This document shows positions 62,150 through 64,000 of a DNA stretch of 64,000 nt, in pieces (the first letter of the stretch is position 1; every line of letters begins with the position of its first letter). Below the pieces are notes generated by a model. That model ran no database searches. It saw nothing but the letters and a program-made list of their open reading frames with translations, and had not been told where the DNA came from. The position numbers were made by a program, and so were the translations under genes. This DNA comes from Paraphysomonas bandaiensis (Eukaryota > Protista > Chrysophyceae). Location of the stretch: NCBI GenBank assembly GCA_965644295.1, contig CBFFRP010000092.1, positions 47,572 to 111,571 on the forward strand. The letters are read 5' to 3'.

Positions 62150-63606
62150 ACTCTATATAAGCTATAAGATATGTGGTTATAACTCTATATGAATGAACGA
62201 GAAAGAAGAACACTCGTTCTTAATAATAATATACAACAATTTTGCTACGAAATAATCGTAGCTACAAAATGAGATCGAGAGAAGATAGTTGAGTGGATAA
62301 TATAAGCATTAGAGGTGTGTGTATATAACAACTAGAGAAATCCTTCAACAATATTCATATACACAAAAATTACAGCACCACTTACTTCCATACATACAAA
62401 TACATATATTGATATATATATGTATATACTTGTACAATAGGAATTCCTACACATCTGATTTACCACTCATACAGAAGTACATACACATACGTATATACTG
62501 TAGGTACATACATATACTAACGTATTCTCTGTATACATAGGTATACGTGTGCGTATATGGGAGTATATCTGTGGGTGACTTCGAAGTGAATGTGATGATG
62601 GAGATATGCATGTATGAGTACATGATTCAGAGGCTCTGCTGCTGCCTCTACTCACAGACACGAGTGAGGACTATCAACAGTGTGTGGGCATAGTGGTGTA
62701 TAGTGGTGTGTGCTCCTCATGAGGAGAGAGACTCGTATGATCATATGAATAATACCGCAGCAGATACACACACATACATACAGAACCCCCACACACACAT
62801 ACATGCATAGACCGCATGGAGCACCCTGAATAGTCATATAACTGCACTAGAAGTGTTCACCACTAATGCGCTCCTGAGTATGTTATTTTATATGGTGTAT
62901 CTGCATTAATGGTGCTGTGGAAGCATATGCATCCGTTAGAAGACTGTGACGCTGTTGTTAATGCAGCTGGTGGTGATCATCCATATGAGGACTTTGAAAT
63001 GAGTCTATACTACATCATCTCGTAATGATCTGGTGTGTACTGTATATTCGACAGATGTTGCATGCATGTATAAGATGTAGGCGCTGTGTAGACAAGAGAT
63101 GAGTGTAAGTATATCGTATATCACATACTGTTATAGCGTATCTACTTATGTACTACAAGTCACTGGTTACGTAATATACAGATTACGTTCTGCGAACTAC
63201 TGTACGACACTGTCCATCTGGAAACAGGCCATTATCATTGACTGTAATGCAGTAATGTTGGCACATCACTGTGCAAATTTCGATTATGGATTAATTTCTT
63301 ACTGCCTCTAAATATGTTTAGTTGGAGCTGAATTTTTCTCCTGAATTGATTTCATGTAATGTTTGAATATTATTTGTTGAAATTTCTTAAACTTGTGTTT
63401 ATACCATATCTGTGGTTCACTATTTAGTGCAATTATTAAGCCCTAAGAACCAGTAATGTTTCGCATATGCAGTCCAAATATATTCCATACAAGGCCTGGA
63501 TATATTTATATGGTCGTGAGTCTAAGATATTGGTTAATGTATATCCATTCAACGTAACAAAGTAGCGATGAAAGATCAACAGTTGCCGTATATATAACTA
63601 ACAATT

Positions 63607-63775
63607 TGTTGGAATACGTATGGTTCTCTAAGATAGTACTGTAGAATACGTTAAATACAATGTGAAAAACAGTAATACGTAGTCAATAGTCAAAGGTGCT
63701 ATATAGCTATAACTGTGAAACTGAAGTATTATATCATGACGATTCAAGATACGGAAGTTGAGCAGTGGTTGACAT
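63607..63775 (+). mobile_element. third copy of the Copia LTR (5' part), interrupted
   Basis: Matches the first 169 bp of the 39759->39440 LTR with one mismatch seen; opposite orientation to the full element. Confidence 0.95.
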
Positions 63776-64000
63776 ATTGAACTACAACCAACTCCTACGT
63801 GCTGTTCTCAGCCTCAGGGAATGGGGAACGGAATTGGGCCTTACCCTTCAGCAACCTGAGCCCCCCGAACCACAGGATGAACACATGCTGACCAATCTAA
63901 AACAAGAACTCGGCCTTAATAGCGTCCAACCAGATACTTTCAAGGCAATCTTCACAGATGGATCATACACAGCCAGTGCGCTCTCCACGCGTCGCCTCAC
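63776..64000 (+). mobile_element. 5'-truncated non-LTR retrotransposon beginning just before its RNase H domain
   Basis: Abrupt switch to GC-rich sequence; open frame LSLREWGTELGLTL...FKAIFTDGSY (RNase H first-Asp motif); runs off the window. Confidence 0.7.

Overview
AT-rich eukaryotic genomic DNA with short GT-AG introns (mostly about 50-120 nt) and (TATG)n-rich intergenic regions. The gene set suggests a protist, probably a stramenopile; this is inference. About 15 host genes are present: a degenerate EF-hand protein, an SPX-SLC13 phosphate transporter, MOCS2B, a 2OG-Fe(II) oxygenase-like protein, a P-loop GTPase-like protein, two small unknowns, an extended mS23-like mitoribosomal protein, a THH1/TOM1-like membrane protein, a 40-aa helical-repeat protein, a BTB protein, a PB1-MAP3K-WD40 kinase, a large unknown, a MORN protein and a CASTOR/POLLUX-like channel. 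Mobile DNA is dense. It includes a very young full-length Ty1/Copia element with non-canonical TG...TA LTRs, an internally deleted Ginger2/TDD-type transposon, hAT and pogo relics, several MITEs, and a 3.7-kb foldback element with 1586-bp near-perfect inverted arms. Four short insertions look like 3' ends of tail-less non-LTR retroelements. They share an AGAYWTTC 3' end, and three carry a conserved three-way-junction RNA motif with compensatory changes. That motif and the foldback element are the least explained signals in the window. All family assignments come from motif recognition by eye, without database searches.
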